IMG/VR virus record: IMGVR_UViG_3300037520_001064
Location: 1-64,000 of that record
Source of the DNA: a virus
Reading direction: 5' to 3' (one strand)
DNA: 64,000 nucleotides
Below are positions 28,878-43,500 of this stretch, in pieces (position 1 is the stretch's first letter; each line of letters begins with the position of its first letter). The notes under the pieces are model-generated. The model worked only from the letters and a program-made list of their open reading frames with translations, had not been told where the DNA came from and made no database searches. A program made the translations under genes and the position numbers.

Positions 28878-31577
28878 ATGGCCTCATGGACAGATAGAAT
28901 TCCTACTTTTAATCCTTACGTAGAGCAGCAACCTGTGGATGCAATGCTTAAAGTAGGTATGTATAAACAACAAAAGTATGAAGAGGGTGTACAAAAAATA
29001 CAGACTGCTATTGATAATGTTGCAGGACTTGATATAGTTTCTAACCTAGATAAAAAATACTTACAATCTAAATTAGATGCTCTTGGCAATAATTTAAACC
29101 TAGTTGCTGGAGCAGACTTTTCTAATTTCCAATTAGTTAATTCTGTTAATGGAATGACTAAAGAAATAGTAAAAGATAAATATATTCAAAATGCTGTTTC
29201 TTCTACAGCTCAGATAAGAAAGAATCAAAGAATTTTAGAAGCTGATGAAAAAGCTGGTAAATCATCTGTTCAGAATAGAGCTAAGTTTGAAGAAGGTGTA
29301 GGTCAATATATCAACAAGATACATTTAAAAGATAATTACAACGGTAAGTATGTTCGTTATATAGATATTGATAAGAAACTAAGAGATGTTGCTGAGAAAG
29401 TACATGAAGTAGATAACACTGTTGAGATACCATATCAACGAGATGGTGCAGGTAATACACTTTATTTTGATTCAAGAGGTAATGTATCAACAGATCCTAA
29501 CAGTGGTGGAAAACCTAAAATAGATGATGCCATCTTAAGAATTACAACTAAAGGTAAACCTGCAGAAAAAATTCTAGCTAACTTCTATAGTTCCTTGAAT
29601 GAAAATGATATGGAACAATTACATATAGATTCTTGGTATCATTATAGAGGAAAGACAGCAGATGATTTTAAACGAGATGCTGTTAGTAATTATGAGACTT
29701 CAAAACAAATGTTGAATGATAGAATAATTCAACAAAACGTAAGGTTAAGTACTAGTCCTAATTTAACAACTGCTGAAAAAAATAAAATAGAAGCAGAGAT
29801 AAATGATGCTAATACATTATTAACAAATGGTTCTCTTGATAAAAAATTAGATGAAGAGTTTGCAAGAATAGATTCTAATAAAGATATTGAGGAATATAAG
29901 TATCAATTGTATACACAAAAAAGTTTAAGCAATCTTGCTAAAGATATGTCATGGCAAAGCTATGAACAGGAGTATAAATCTAATCCATATGCTCAAATGT
30001 TAATGGAAAGAAAAAGACTTCAGTTCCAATATGATGATGCTGCTAGACAACAAAGAAATGCTGATCGTGAATTTGGATGGAAACAATATACTTGGACCAC
30101 TGAACAAGCACAAAAAGCACAAGACAAATTAGATGCTACTCAAGGCTCTCTTCCTCCAGTTACAAATCAAGCAATATCTACAGATGTGGATACACCAGAT
30201 TTAGGAAAATTAAATGCAGAGATAATAGCTATAGGTGGACAAAGAACAAAAGGTGGAGGAATTATACAAGCTGGTCAAATAGATGTTCTTACAAATAGTT
30301 ATTTAGATAAGGTGACTAAATCTTCATTGACCACTCCTCAACAAAAAGCTAGTTACTTAGATTACTTATCAAGAGAGTATGCTAAGAATCCAAATCAATT
30401 AGTTAAAGCTTTAAACAATCCTAACTTAGCTCAATACTTAGAAAAGAGAAGAGCACTTGAAATTACGTTAGCTCAGAAACAAGCTTTAGCAAAATCTACA
30501 GCACAAGCATCAAGTGTATTTGATGATCAAGCTCGAGAATTAATTGGTAATTATGGAGGAGTAAATTATGCTAATGGTAAGACTATGTATTCAGCAAATG
30601 AATTATATAGCTTTGCTAAAGATGCAGAAAACTATTATAAAACTACTGGTGGTGGAGCTGCAAGTCCTACTACAGGAGCTTCTGCATCACAAACTACATT
30701 TGATGCAAAAGGATTATTAAATGCATATAAAGGAAGAAAAGAAGAAGCATTGGCTAAAGCTTTTGTAAAACATTATTATGGTCAAACTTTAAATTCAACA
30801 GAAAAAATATTATTTGATAGAGCAAGACAAATTAAATTTAAATTTGATCCACAGATATATAAAATACATCAAGCTAAACAAAAGTTTGAAGCTGATTATT
30901 TATCAACTCGCATGCCTGAAAGACAAATACAAGTTGGAACACTTAATTACGATGGTAATAAAGCTGATCAATCACGTACTAAAGAATTAATTGGAAACAA
31001 AATAAATGAGTTTACTAAACTTGGACAAGTAGATGTTAATAAATGGGGAGACTTTAGTCCTACCGAATTAAACAGAATTAGAGAAAGTAAAAACGTTTCA
31101 TATACAATTGAAAAGAAATATGATGGAACTGCTAACTTAGTTGTAACAGATGGAAAAGATAAACAAATTATTCCTATGACAGCTGGAGAGTTAACTAGAT
31201 TTTATCCAAGAATAGCTCAAGGTAATCCTTGGAGTGATATTAAAAATGAAGTGTTAGCTTCACCTCATCGCACAACTAACATATCAGGTACTGGTGATGA
31301 TAGTACTCTTGCAGTTAATGCTAGATTAAGTGGATACTCTGCACCTCATTTAGCTAATACATCATTGGCTCCATTAGTTAGATTTGATGTTGAAGGAGCT
31401 GCTGATAATGATGGAGGTGATAGTGATTCTTTCATCTTAAAAATGTATGTAAATAATAATGGAATTTGGAAAACTGGATATGTAGGAAGTAGATTTACAT
31501 CTCTTGCTAGTATACAGGAACAAGTGAAACAAATTGGTCCTGGAACTGTTTCAGATTTTTTAAGAATTAATAAATAA
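28878..31577 (+). CDS. ejected/cargo-type virion protein preceding RNA polymerase
   Basis: 899 aa, largely helical, with an N-terminal FNPYV motif. Its position immediately before the giant RNAP gene matches crAss-like phages. Confidence 0.6.
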   Translation: MASWTDRIPTFNPYVEQQPVDAMLKVGMYKQQKYEEGVQKIQTAIDNVAGLDIVSNLDKKYLQSKLDALGNNLNLVAGADFSNFQLVNSVNGMTKEIVKDKYIQNAVSSTAQIRKNQRILEADEKAGKSSVQNRAKFEEGVGQYINKIHLKDNYNGKYVRYIDIDKKLRDVAEKVHEVDNTVEIPYQRDGAGNTLYFDSRGNVSTDPNSGGKPKIDDAILRITTKGKPAEKILANFYSSLNENDMEQLHIDSWYHYRGKTADDFKRDAVSNYETSKQMLNDRIIQQNVRLSTSPNLTTAEKNKIEAEINDANTLLTNGSLDKKLDEEFARIDSNKDIEEYKYQLYTQKSLSNLAKDMSWQSYEQEYKSNPYAQMLMERKRLQFQYDDAARQQRNADREFGWKQYTWTTEQAQKAQDKLDATQGSLPPVTNQAISTDVDTPDLGKLNAEIIAIGGQRTKGGGIIQAGQIDVLTNSYLDKVTKSSLTTPQQKASYLDYLSREYAKNPNQLVKALNNPNLAQYLEKRRALEITLAQKQALAKSTAQASSVFDDQARELIGNYGGVNYANGKTMYSANELYSFAKDAENYYKTTGGGAASPTTGASASQTTFDAKGLLNAYKGRKEEALAKAFVKHYYGQTLNSTEKILFDRARQIKFKFDPQIYKIHQAKQKFEADYLSTRMPERQIQVGTLNYDGNKADQSRTKELIGNKINEFTKLGQVDVNKWGDFSPTELNRIRESKNVSYTIEKKYDGTANLVVTDGKDKQIIPMTAGELTRFYPRIAQGNPWSDIKNEVLASPHRTTNISGTGDDSTLAVNARLSGYSAPHLANTSLAPLVRFDVEGAADNDGGDSDSFILKMYVNNNGIWKTGYVGSRFTSLASIQEQVKQIGPGTVSDFLRINK

Positions 31578-31588
31578 AAAATACCAAT

Positions 31589-34500
31589 ATGCCAATCTTT
31601 GATAATGAACTTATAGATAATGTATCTGATAGATTAGACAACGAAATTAGATTGCCACAAGCACCGTTAGGATCTCCTGATTTAATGGAGATAAATACTA
31701 ACATGGGAGGAAACTGGGGACTTAGTGATAAATCTAATAGAGGATTGAGTATGGATGAACTTGCTAAAGTGCAAGCTCCAGATCAAATATCCTTCGATGC
31801 TCCATTTAGTTCTGTTAGTAGAAAGACATTATTAGAGAATCAACGTTATCCTATGTATCAAAGAGATGTAGATCTTGAAAACATATATGGGTTACAACAA
31901 TCATGGTATTCATCATTAGGAAGTGGTGTGGTTAAAGGTTTAGGTAACTTAGCTGGTACATTTGCACAATCATTTACAAATATTCCAAACACAATATCTG
32001 CTATTAGAAATGGTAATATGTCTGACCTTGCTGGAGATCCTGATGGATATGAAGGAGGTATAGATACTTGGTTAAAAAATATGGAAGACTATCTTCCAAA
32101 CTATTTAACTAGAGAAGAAAAGCTTCATCCTTATAGAGCAATGATTCCTGGATTTGCAGGATCTGCAAACTTCTGGGGTAACTCTGTTATTAAGAATCTT
32201 GGATTCATGGGTGGTTCTATTGCTGGTGCTGTTGTACAAGATATGGCAGTAGGTGCTGTTACAGAAGGTATTGGTGCATTTCCTTTAATAGGTTCACAAA
32301 TTGGTAGAGCTGCTTTGTGGATGAATAAGATTGCAGGTGGAACTAATAAAATTGATGATGTTTTAAACTTAGCACAAACATTAGGTAAAAGTGAAAAACA
32401 ACTTTTAAAGATACAACAACTAGGACAATTAGCTCAATCTCAAAAAGTGTTAAATGGTGCACGTTATGGTATTGTTACTTGGGGAGCTGCACAAACAGAA
32501 GCAGGTGTAGAAGCTAGAGATGGATACAGACAAGTCAAAGATACATTAATACAAACATATAAAGATACTCACTTTGGTGAAGAGCCTACAGGTATAGATC
32601 TTCAACAGATAGAAAATTATTCTACTGATGCTATGAATACTAGATTTGGTATTAACATGGCATTATTAACTGTATCTAATGCTATACAGTTTGATAACTT
32701 ATTTAAATCTGTCACTACAGCACAAAGAGGAGTTACAGGAAGTCTTACAAGAAACATAACTGAGGCTGGTAAGATAGGATTGAAAGAAGGAAGTCTTGAT
32801 ACATTTGAAAGAAAAGCTGTAACAGGTTTTGGTAATAGAATGTGGGATAAGGTTAAGCCAGTCCTACCTAACATATTTGCTGAAGGTGTATATGAGGAAG
32901 GTGGACAGTTTGCTGCTGAGAGAGGAACATATGATTACTACACTAGAAAATATAAAAATTTAAATAACCCAGTAAACAAAGAAAACTGGGATACTTTAAA
33001 AGAAGTTACTGAGTCTACTACTTACGGATTAGCTGAACAATTTAATACTACAGAAGGTATTACCAGTATGATTATTGGTGGTATTACTGCTGCATTAGTA
33101 GGTGGAGGACAACGTATGTATGATAAAGCAAAAGGTCAAGGTAGCGATAAACGTTTGAACTCTTCTATTAATATGCTTAATAGATATGGAATGACAGGTA
33201 TCCTTTCTAACAAATATGATAATACATTAAACTCTATTGGTATAGCTAAGGAGATGGAGGAAGCTGCTGCAAGTGGAAATGTATTTAATTATAAAAATCT
33301 TAAACATGATATGTTCTACAATTTTGTACAATCACGTATTCCATCAGGAATGCATGATGTTACAATTGAACAATTAAACATGTTAAAAGATCTTAGTAAA
33401 GAAGATTTTGAAAAAACTTTTGGAATGGATTTCAATACATCTACTCAAAAAACTGTAAATAGTTATGTAGATTCGTTGATTAACAAAGCCAATGAGATTA
33501 AGAAAACATCAGATGCTGTTAATAGTACATTCCAAAATCCTTTTAAGAATTACATAGATCCAACTCCAGAACAAGAATTAGAGAATGATAAATACGATAC
33601 ATTTGAAAGTTGGAAAACAGATCTTACTTATTTTGCTACAATTAAAGATGATGTAAATCAAAGACTTAATTCTATACAAGATAATGTTACAAATATTAAT
33701 CCTCTTGTAACAAATGATATGTTAGCTAATCTTACTAGCAAAAGTTCATTACAAGAATTATCTAGATCATACGAAGAGCAAGCTAATCAGTTATTAAATA
33801 CAATCACTGATTACACTACACCTGCTGATAAGAAAGCTATCAGAGAACAGGTTAAGGCTTTACGTACTCAGTCTGAAAAGATTAATCTTGCTTTAAATAA
33901 TGGTGGACCATTAGATTTAAAAACATTTCATTCATTATTAAACTTTGAATTAAACAATCAATACTCTACAAAAGATGATGTTGTAGGTCTTGAAAATTCT
34001 TCACAGTTATATATTTATGGTGTTGACATTAATAAAAATAATGAACACAAAAAAATTGCTTCAGATGCATTTGATAAGCTTTCTTCAGAAAAAGGATTTG
34101 ATAAATATTTCAAACAAGCAGAAGAAGTAAATGAAGAAACTGCTGAGTTAAATGATAAAGAAGGTGCTCCTGTTCCTACATTTGTTAATGAAGAAAAACA
34201 AAAAGAAGAACTAGAAGTTGGTAGAGAGTATGAAGTGAGAGCTACAAAGAAAGCTTCTATAAAAAAGATTGCTGATGGCAGATATCAAGTAACAGCTCCT
34301 GATGGAACTGTGTCTTTTCATAAGACAAGAAAAGAAGCTGTAGAAGAATCTAAAGACTTAACTGACGAGAACACTAACCTATCTAAGGTGAAAGTGTTAG
34401 CATTGAATGATGATGGTACAGTGAAGGTGGAAGATGTTAATGGAGATATATTAAACATTGATCCTAAAAGACTTAGAGGATACAAAAGACTTGAAACAGA

Positions 34501-37500
34501 CCAAGAGAAATTACAAAAGAATAAAGAAGACATAGCTAGAGAGCAAACAGAACTTGAACATAATTCAGGAACTGTTGCTTCAGTTAGTTCAGAAGGAGTA
34601 GAGAATGTTAAAGAATCACGTCTTCCAGATGCTGAAATATTATTTCTTTCTAGTTCATCACCATCAGAAGAGGATAGTCCTACAGTGGCAGCTGCTCCAC
34701 ATATTACAAACTCAAGAGAGTTTTTAAACAATGTTGCAAGCATGCCTAATAGATCTAAACTAAGATCTATATTGATTACATCTAAACAAGCAGCTGGATT
34801 ACAACTTGATGGAATAGTTCAAATGTCTTATGAGAAAGATCTTTCTACTGATGTTAATACTATTGAAGGAGTTAATGATATTAATTCTGGATGGGTTGCA
34901 CAAGTGTTTGTGGAACAAGATGTAGATGGTTTATTCTTTGTAGATAAAGATGGAAATAGAATTGGTAAAGTGGGTGAAGCAGGAACTGATCTTAATAAGA
35001 TTATATTCCAAACAATGCGTACAACATCTTTATTTAATAGATCAGGACAACCTAGATATAGAAAAGAACAACAAGCTGAAGCTGAGGCTTATTCAAAAGC
35101 TTGGGGTGAATATAGAAAAACATTATTTGAAGCTGGAGCTACAGAGTTTCCTACATTTGAATTCTCTGTATCAAACGGTATTCCTATTGAATTAAGAGAT
35201 GCTAATGGCCTTAAAGAGAAAAACCATGTTGGTGATGTATTAATTGATGAGGCTCTTATTCCTAACCAAGCAAACTTAATTGTTATTCCTACAACAGGAA
35301 CTATTGTTAATAGTAAAGGTGAGATACAAAAGACACCTAATGGAGTTCCTGTATTACAATATGGAGACACTATTGCATTCTTAAATAATAGAATGTTTAA
35401 CAATAGAGAAGCAGCTGGTGTATATGAAGTGATTAGAAGACTTGCTGATGCTGCTGTAGAACAAGCTAACACAGGACAGAGAGTAACTTTGAACAGACAG
35501 TTTACAACATTCTTACAGAATGTATTATACTGGAAATCAAAAGATGCTACAACCTCTCCTAATCAAATACGTATTGATATTGAATCAATGAGTTTGAAAC
35601 TTGGTGATAAGAGTTATCCTTTATCAGATATTGCTCAGTATGAAGAACAGATAAAAGATCACTTAACTGAGAAAGCATTCATCAGTGTTAATAATAAAAC
35701 ATTAAAAGATTTTGCACAAGCTCCATTTGAAGAGTGGTACATTAATCAAGATGGTCAGTTTGTATCTAGTAAATGGACAAACTACCAAACATTCTTATTA
35801 GCTAATAAATATCCTAGTGGTAAAGCTAGACCTATGGGTGACACTCCTTTGTCTACATCTATTGCTAAGCCTATCCCTGGAAGACCTTATTCTTTCAAAC
35901 AAAGATATTCTACAATAGCAGAACCAGATAATTTCAATGTACAAATAATTACACCTGCACAGAAAGCTAAAGAAGAAGCACCTGCTGGTGTGGAAGTTCC
36001 TACATTAGGAGAATATGTAGTTGATGGTAAAACATCAAATCCATATATCATTGATGCTGGTCCTGTACAATTTACAGCAGTAGAAGATGCTGATGGTAAT
36101 TTCAATGTAGAGGTAGAGAGTAATGAAACAACTAAAAAACTTTTTGAAAATAAACCTACATTTGAAAAGATTAAAGATGCACTAAAAGCAGCTAATAAGT
36201 TTGATGCTTCTATTCCTTTAGAAGAAGAAGAGAAATATATTACAGATTATTTAGCTCTTAGAATTTCAGCAGAGTTAAGTAAGTTGAAAGCAGAAGCTCC
36301 TGCACAAGAAGCTCCAGTAGCTGAAGAAGTTTCTGATATAGATGCTAAGAAAGCTGAGATAGAAAGAACAATAAATAATTTACCTGATAATTTATTATTT
36401 ATAACACACATCACTTCAGAAGGGAACGCTATAAATATTTATAATGATAATTTATTAATGCCTGCTGGAGTAAGTTCTACTACAGGTATTGTTAATAAAG
36501 AACAATTAAAACAAATATTATTTGATTTAGCTGAAGGTAAAAGTTCTCACAGAGGATATTTAGATTTATTTTTAGGAGCAATTGATAGAACTACTCTTGA
36601 AAATACTAATGGAAAAACCTTACAAGATAAATTAGAAAACTATTTAGATGAAAACTTTATAGAAGATGTTGCAAAAACACAATTGCCATCTAGTTTAAAT
36701 ATTGGTTATTTTACAGATGGTGTTTTAAATACTAAGTATGATACAAAAACATCAGAAGATAAGAAAGCTGATATAGAAAAAAGAAGACAAGCTGAGCTTG
36801 AAGAAAATAAAAAATTAAGTGTACAAGATTTAAAAACAAAAGTAGCTGAAGAGTTTGATACATTAGAGGAAACTAAAAATAAATTAAAAGAAGAAGTTTC
36901 TGATGATACATCTTTATCTGAACAAGATAAAGAATTACTAACAACAGCTATAGATGGAGTATTTAATATACCAGGAAGCAATCCTTACATCATTGATGAT
37001 TATGAAGGTTATGCAGCTTATGATCCTAAAAAGTTTGAAGATTATATGGCATATAACTTTCCTAATTTAACTAAGGATCAAATTAGAGACGTATTATCAA
37101 AACGTATTGAACAAATTGCTACACAACACAGTGCATCATTGCTTGCTAGTTTAGAAGGTCCTTCTGGTCTACCAAATAATCTTGCAGAACTTAATGCAGA
37201 TAAGATCAATGCTAAATATGATGCAGAACTAGCAGCTTTAGAAAGTGAAGATAAACCAGATGTTCCTGTTCAGAAAAAACCAGGTGGTGATTTCAGAAAG
37301 GTAGGACTTGATGAGAATGAAAGAATGACAGAGGCTGAACTAGAATTGTTCAAAGAATGGCATGCAGAAAAAGTTCCATTTATTCCTTTTGAAGTGTTAG
37401 AAAATCTTATTGATACATATGATGGAGAAAAAGCTTGGGGTGCATTTGAAAATGGTGTAGCTAAGTTTGTTCGTGGAGGATTAAGAGGTACAGAGTATCA

Positions 37501-40500
37501 TGAGATAGGCCATGCTATATTTAAAGGTATGTTATCTCCTGAAGAGCAAAGAGCTTTACTAGATGAGTTTAAATCTAAGTCTGGTACATTCACTGATAGA
37601 GCTTCTCGTAAAAAGATTGCTTATGCAGATGCTACAGATAAACAAGCTGAGGAAAGAATAATGGATGACTTCTCTGAGTTTAGAAAAGGTAAATTACCTG
37701 CTAGATCATTAGGAGAAAAAGTTCGTAGATTCTTTAAAGCTATAATGGATTTCTTTAAATCATTTGTAGTTAAACCTTCTTTGAAAGAAGAATTCTTTAA
37801 ATCAATTGAATCAGGTAAGTTTAAAGAAAGAACATTATCTGAAGAATCAATTAACCCATTCTCTGAATACAGTAGAGTATCTCAGCTAACTGCACAACAA
37901 GCTAATAACTTTGTACAGGATATGACAGCAAGAGCTGCTGGTATATTATTTAGAGAAGGAGATAAGAGTCTTTTATTTAATCCTGAAAGAATCACTGGAA
38001 CAGAAATGTTTGGTAAGATTGAGGATATGCTTATTGAAGAAGGTAGAAGACAATTACTAAGTGATAAAACATGGGAAGATCTTAAACAAGAAGTGAGAGA
38101 TCAATTGCGTACAAGAGGTATCAACTTTAATGATGAAGATGTACAAAGCATTAATAATGAAGAATCAAATAAAAATGATTATGCTGCTGAGCCATTCACA
38201 TTAGATACTAAGAAGAATTCTGCTCCTGCAGTTAAGTTCTTATGCTCTACAGTGATTGAAAGAAAACCTACTAATCAAGAAAGTGCTATTACATTAAACA
38301 CTCCTCTTGAATCTAAGTTTTCTGAAATGACTATTGGAGGCAACACAATTCAAGGATACAAACTTATGAACTTTAGTAGAGTGTTCTCTACGTTATTAGA
38401 TAAACTTTCTAATACATCTAACGTTCGTGAATTTACAAATAAACTATTTGACTTAGCTCAGAATGATGCTAACTATGTAAGTATATTCCAAAAGATAGGT
38501 GGTAAAAATAAGGTGGTTCCATTTAGTGAATTCAATGATAATGACTGGAGATTATTTGTTCAGTTCATTCAAACATTTGCTAGACAAAAACCAAATGCAT
38601 TAATTCAATACAAATCTTCTGATAGTGTTTACACAGGAGCTGCTAATTTATTTACAGCTATTCAACAAACAGAGAATGAATGGATGACAAACATTCAAAC
38701 CTTAGCTAAAGGAGATGGTGAGATAGTTAAGTATGTAAATAATACATATGTAATAGATCAAGTTGCACTTAAAGCAATGCCTATAAGAAAACCTAAACCA
38801 ATGATAGCAATGTTAAATGCTATTGGTGTTACATTTGATTATGATACATATGTTAAATTAAAAGCAAACGATAAACTTGACTTTGCTGAACAAGTAGAAA
38901 GTATATATGGTTACTTTGGAAGTAACAATGATTTAATGACTATTTCTGGTAAGACATTAGATATTGGTGGACCATTATCTACATTGGCTGAACTATATAA
39001 CAAAGTGAACAATCCTTCACAAGAGAGTACATACTTTGGTGTAGAGGGACAACGTATTGGTGCTTTCTCTGAAAACAATACACCATCTGTATTTGAGAAT
39101 GAATTTAATGAATCAGCAACTATTGATCAATTAAAACAATCAAGACCTGAATTAAATGATGTGTTCTCTACAGGTAGTCAAGTCTTGAAAAAAGGTGGAT
39201 TGTTCTATGATAAGGATGGAAACAAAATAAAAGATTTCAAAGTTTCTGTTATACAAGGAGAAGAAAATCAAGATGATGATAAAGGTACTTCTACATCTAA
39301 ATTAACAATAGGTGATAGATTTACAATGGAAATTAATCAAAACCTTAATGGTAAATATTACATCCTTATTCCTGCAGATGGATCTACAGAATGGATGATG
39401 AACATTGGTAACAATGTTTCATTTGATTCTATAGCAAGAAACTCTTACAAAGATATCAATGCTATCTTCAAAGGATATTTAATGGATGATATTAACTTAG
39501 CTTTAGATTATGCAAATAGAGAGAAGCTATTGAATGTTACTGATGATTTTGAAAATCTTGATAAAGCAAAAGAGTTACGTTTCTTTAAAGATATACTTGC
39601 ACCTGATAATCTAGAAGCAATCAATGGAATGATTCAAGATGGAAGAACTCTTGAAGAAATTACAGCTTATGTAAATGAGAATATATCTGATATTAATAAT
39701 TCTGTAAAAGAATTTATTGATGCAATGACTGTAGAAACAAAAAGTATTCTTCAGGTAAATCAAAAAATTCAACAACAAAATGAAGATAGATTTGTTTATC
39801 AAGATCTTGATGACAACTTCCTTAAAGCTGAATCATTCAATAAGAATAACTTATCTAATAATGACATCAATAATATTCTAACTTATGCTAATGTTAATTA
39901 CATTATTGCTAACATAGAGTTTCATAAAATATTATTTGGTGATCCATATCAATTTGCTATTAAGAAAAATGGTGCGTTAGATGAAACTAAACGTATTAAG
40001 TCTTTCTTATCTCCAAGAAGAACAACATTTGATAGCCCTGAATACAATACGTATTTAAACAATAATGTAAACAATGCTAATGGTATTCAATTAAAAGAAT
40101 ACAAATACAATCCATACACTGAAAAATGGGAAGGAGATCCAGGATACCACGTACATAAATCTCACACTGATACAATCACTGTAAAAGATATTAAAGTGGC
40201 AGGTAGTCTTTCTGCTATCAATGAATTGTATGGAAATACAAATGAGGCAGATGCTGTTTCATGGTTAATGGATACAACACACAGAGAGATTAAACTTAAG
40301 AATGGACAATGGGATTTACAAGGGCCAGAAGAAAAATGGTTCCAATGGGAAATGGCTTACACAAGACAAAACTTCCCTGGGTATGAATATAGTAATGAAG
40401 CTTTAAGAACACAAGATGCTGAGCTTGTAAACACTCCACGTCCTAAATATACAACAGAGATATTAAAACCTATTGTATCTGGAAACAAAGCAAACAAGAA

Positions 40501-43500
40501 TAACTTTGATCTTGTATTAGATAAGTTCTCTCAAGTGCCTATCTACTTTAGTATGGTGAAAGGAACTAACCTTGAGAAGCTATATGTTCAAATGAAGAAA
40601 CAAGGAATAGGTTATGCTATTGTTGAATCAGGTAGAAAGGTAGGAGCACAAGAGTTACACAGTCTTTATAATGGAGATGGTTCATTTAACAATGAAGCTT
40701 TCTCTGATGCATCTATTGTACAGGTTCCTTGGAAAGCTTATGGTATCCAAGTTGAAACAGCTACCACTGATAACAAGTCACAAACCAGAGGATCTCAAAT
40801 TACTAAGATTGCAAGTATAGATTTATTTGACAATGGTGTTCCAACAAGTCCTGAAGCTGCAAAAGAATACAAACGTAACACAGACCTTCTTAATAGAATG
40901 CATCAAAATGCATACAATGAACTTCTTAACAATTTAGGATTGGAAGATCTTAATAATGGTTTTGTAATGAAGAATGGTAGAAATGTATCTGAAACATTAA
41001 TGAGAGAGATGATGAGAAGAGAAGTTTCTAATAATACAAAACAAACCATCAAGCTTAATACTGAAGACCAGTTCATGATTCCATTTGAAGCTTCTCCTTC
41101 TTATGTACAGATTAGAAGTATTCTTTATTCAATGATTGATAAAGCTATTGGTTCTCCTAAAGTGAGTGGTGGATCACATGTACAAATGCCTGCAACAATG
41201 CTTGAGTCTATGACTAAAGGTAGAAGTATTGCTATGAAGAACAAGGAAGGTGTTTGGGAGAAGATCTCTAAAGAGAAGTATGAAACATTAACTGATGCAG
41301 AAAAAGCTGGTGTAATGCTTACAGACGATAGTCTTAAGTTTTATGTAGATAAAGATGGTGAACGTTATTGTGAAGTGTTACTTCCTCATTGGTTCAAAGA
41401 TAAATTCAAAAACAAATTCAAAACAGATAAAGAGTTATTGAAATATCTAAATGGTACACCAGAAGGACGATCAATTCTTTCTGGTATTGGATTTAGAATT
41501 CCTACACAAGCTCTTTCTTCTGCTGAGGTGTTCAGAGTGAAAGGATTCCTTCCACAATATATGGGAGCTACAGTGGTAGTACCTTCAGAAATCACTACTA
41601 AATCAGGATCGGATTTTGATATTGATAAGTTGAATATGTACCTTAAGTCTGTGTATGCAGATAGAACAGGTAATATTAAACTTGTTAGATTACAGGGTAA
41701 TGAAGAGAACACAAAAGACTTCTATGGTAAAGTGTTTGATGATACCCTTGGTGTTAAACAAATGAAGAAAGCTGATCTTCTAGAAGCATTAGATATTGTT
41801 GTTTATGGATTAGAAGATCCTAAAGGATTACTTAATGTATATGGAGATTATATTAAATCTAAAGAAGAGCAATATGAAAATCCATATGAGTTCAGAGATT
41901 TAATTGAAAAAGATCTTAACAAGTTAACAGACACAAACTTACAAGCGGAATTGCGTGCTGAGTATGTAAAAGATATGTATAAGAAAGCTCTTGAGAATGA
42001 ATACTATGATAGTCTTGAGAAACTTCTTACACTTCCTGAAAACTTCCAAAGACTTGTAACTCCTGTAGATGATGCTGGTTTAAAGAAAGTTGCTGGAGAA
42101 TTAGATAAGTTAAGAGGAATTGATGAGAATAAAATTCCAAATAGAATTCTTAACAGAAACTACATGACCAATTTAAGAAACTCATTCCTTATGGGTAAAA
42201 GATGGGTTGGTGTTGTAGCTGTAAATATTACAAATCTTTCATTAAGACAGAAGATACAATCATATATTGATCCTACTAAGTTTGCTGGTTTATCTAAAGA
42301 GGACCAAGAACTATTAGGTGATGGAACTGTTGTATTAAAACATAACACTACATTAGTGAATGGTGAAGAAAGAATTTCTTTAGGTGGTGTAAGAACTGCT
42401 GATGGAACTGACCAATTAATCTCTAACAGATTATCTGGATATGCAACAGCTGTAGTGGACGTAGCTAAGGATGACTTTATTACAAGAATTATTAAATCAA
42501 ATCTTGCTATTGGAACATTCATGTTCTTAGAGAATATTGGTGCAGGAGAACAATCTATATACTTCTTGAACCAACCAATCATTACAGAATATTTAAGAAT
42601 TGTAAATGCTACTAATTCTTCTAATCTTTTCTATGAAGATAATATTCAAGCTGTTAGATCATTTTTTCCTACAACAACTGCAGAAATTGCTGATGCTAAT
42701 ATAAATGTAGATGGATTAAAAGGTAATATATCTAAATATGCTACTGGTAAATTAACTACAAAAGAAAATGGTGAACAACATGCTATTCTTAAAGAGTTCT
42801 TGAAGTATGCTAAGATGGCTGAATACAATTTTGATTTCACACAAGCTACTAACTACGATACAAGTAGATATGGATCTGGAGATATGTTTGCAAGAAAACA
42901 ATTACAAACACAGAAAGCTAATGATGTAAACATTATTTCTTCTGCAAAAGAAATTCTTGATAATACATTCCTTGGAAATCAAGCTAAGTTTCTTGCTGCA
43001 TCTATGCAAGCGATGGGAGCTATATTTAAATTAGAACAAGACCATCTTAGAATTATCACAGAGGATATAATGAAAACATATGCTAAGAATAAATATCTTA
43101 GTGTAGATAACTTTAATAAGATATCTAACAAAGCTAAGATGGCATTCTTAGATTACATTATACAAACTAAAACAGGTATTAATGGTAGAACAGAAGATCT
43201 TCTTGTTAATGCAAAAACATCTGTTGCTAATAGATTAGAAGTTGCTAAAGAGAAATATCCTGAAATACAATTGTTAAAAGACCTACAGGTTGTTCCTTCT
43301 GAAAGAGAGAATGGAGCTAAGAGTGTTATGCTTAGAGCTAATATCAAAGATGCATATGATGAAGATCTTTATGTAGATATGATGAGAGAGCTTAGAGATT
43401 ATAATGCTGAGACAAAAGTGTTATATAGAAACTTGATTGCTATTGCTCTTTTACAAGGAAGTTATCAATCAGCTATATCTATTAAGAATATTATTCCTAT

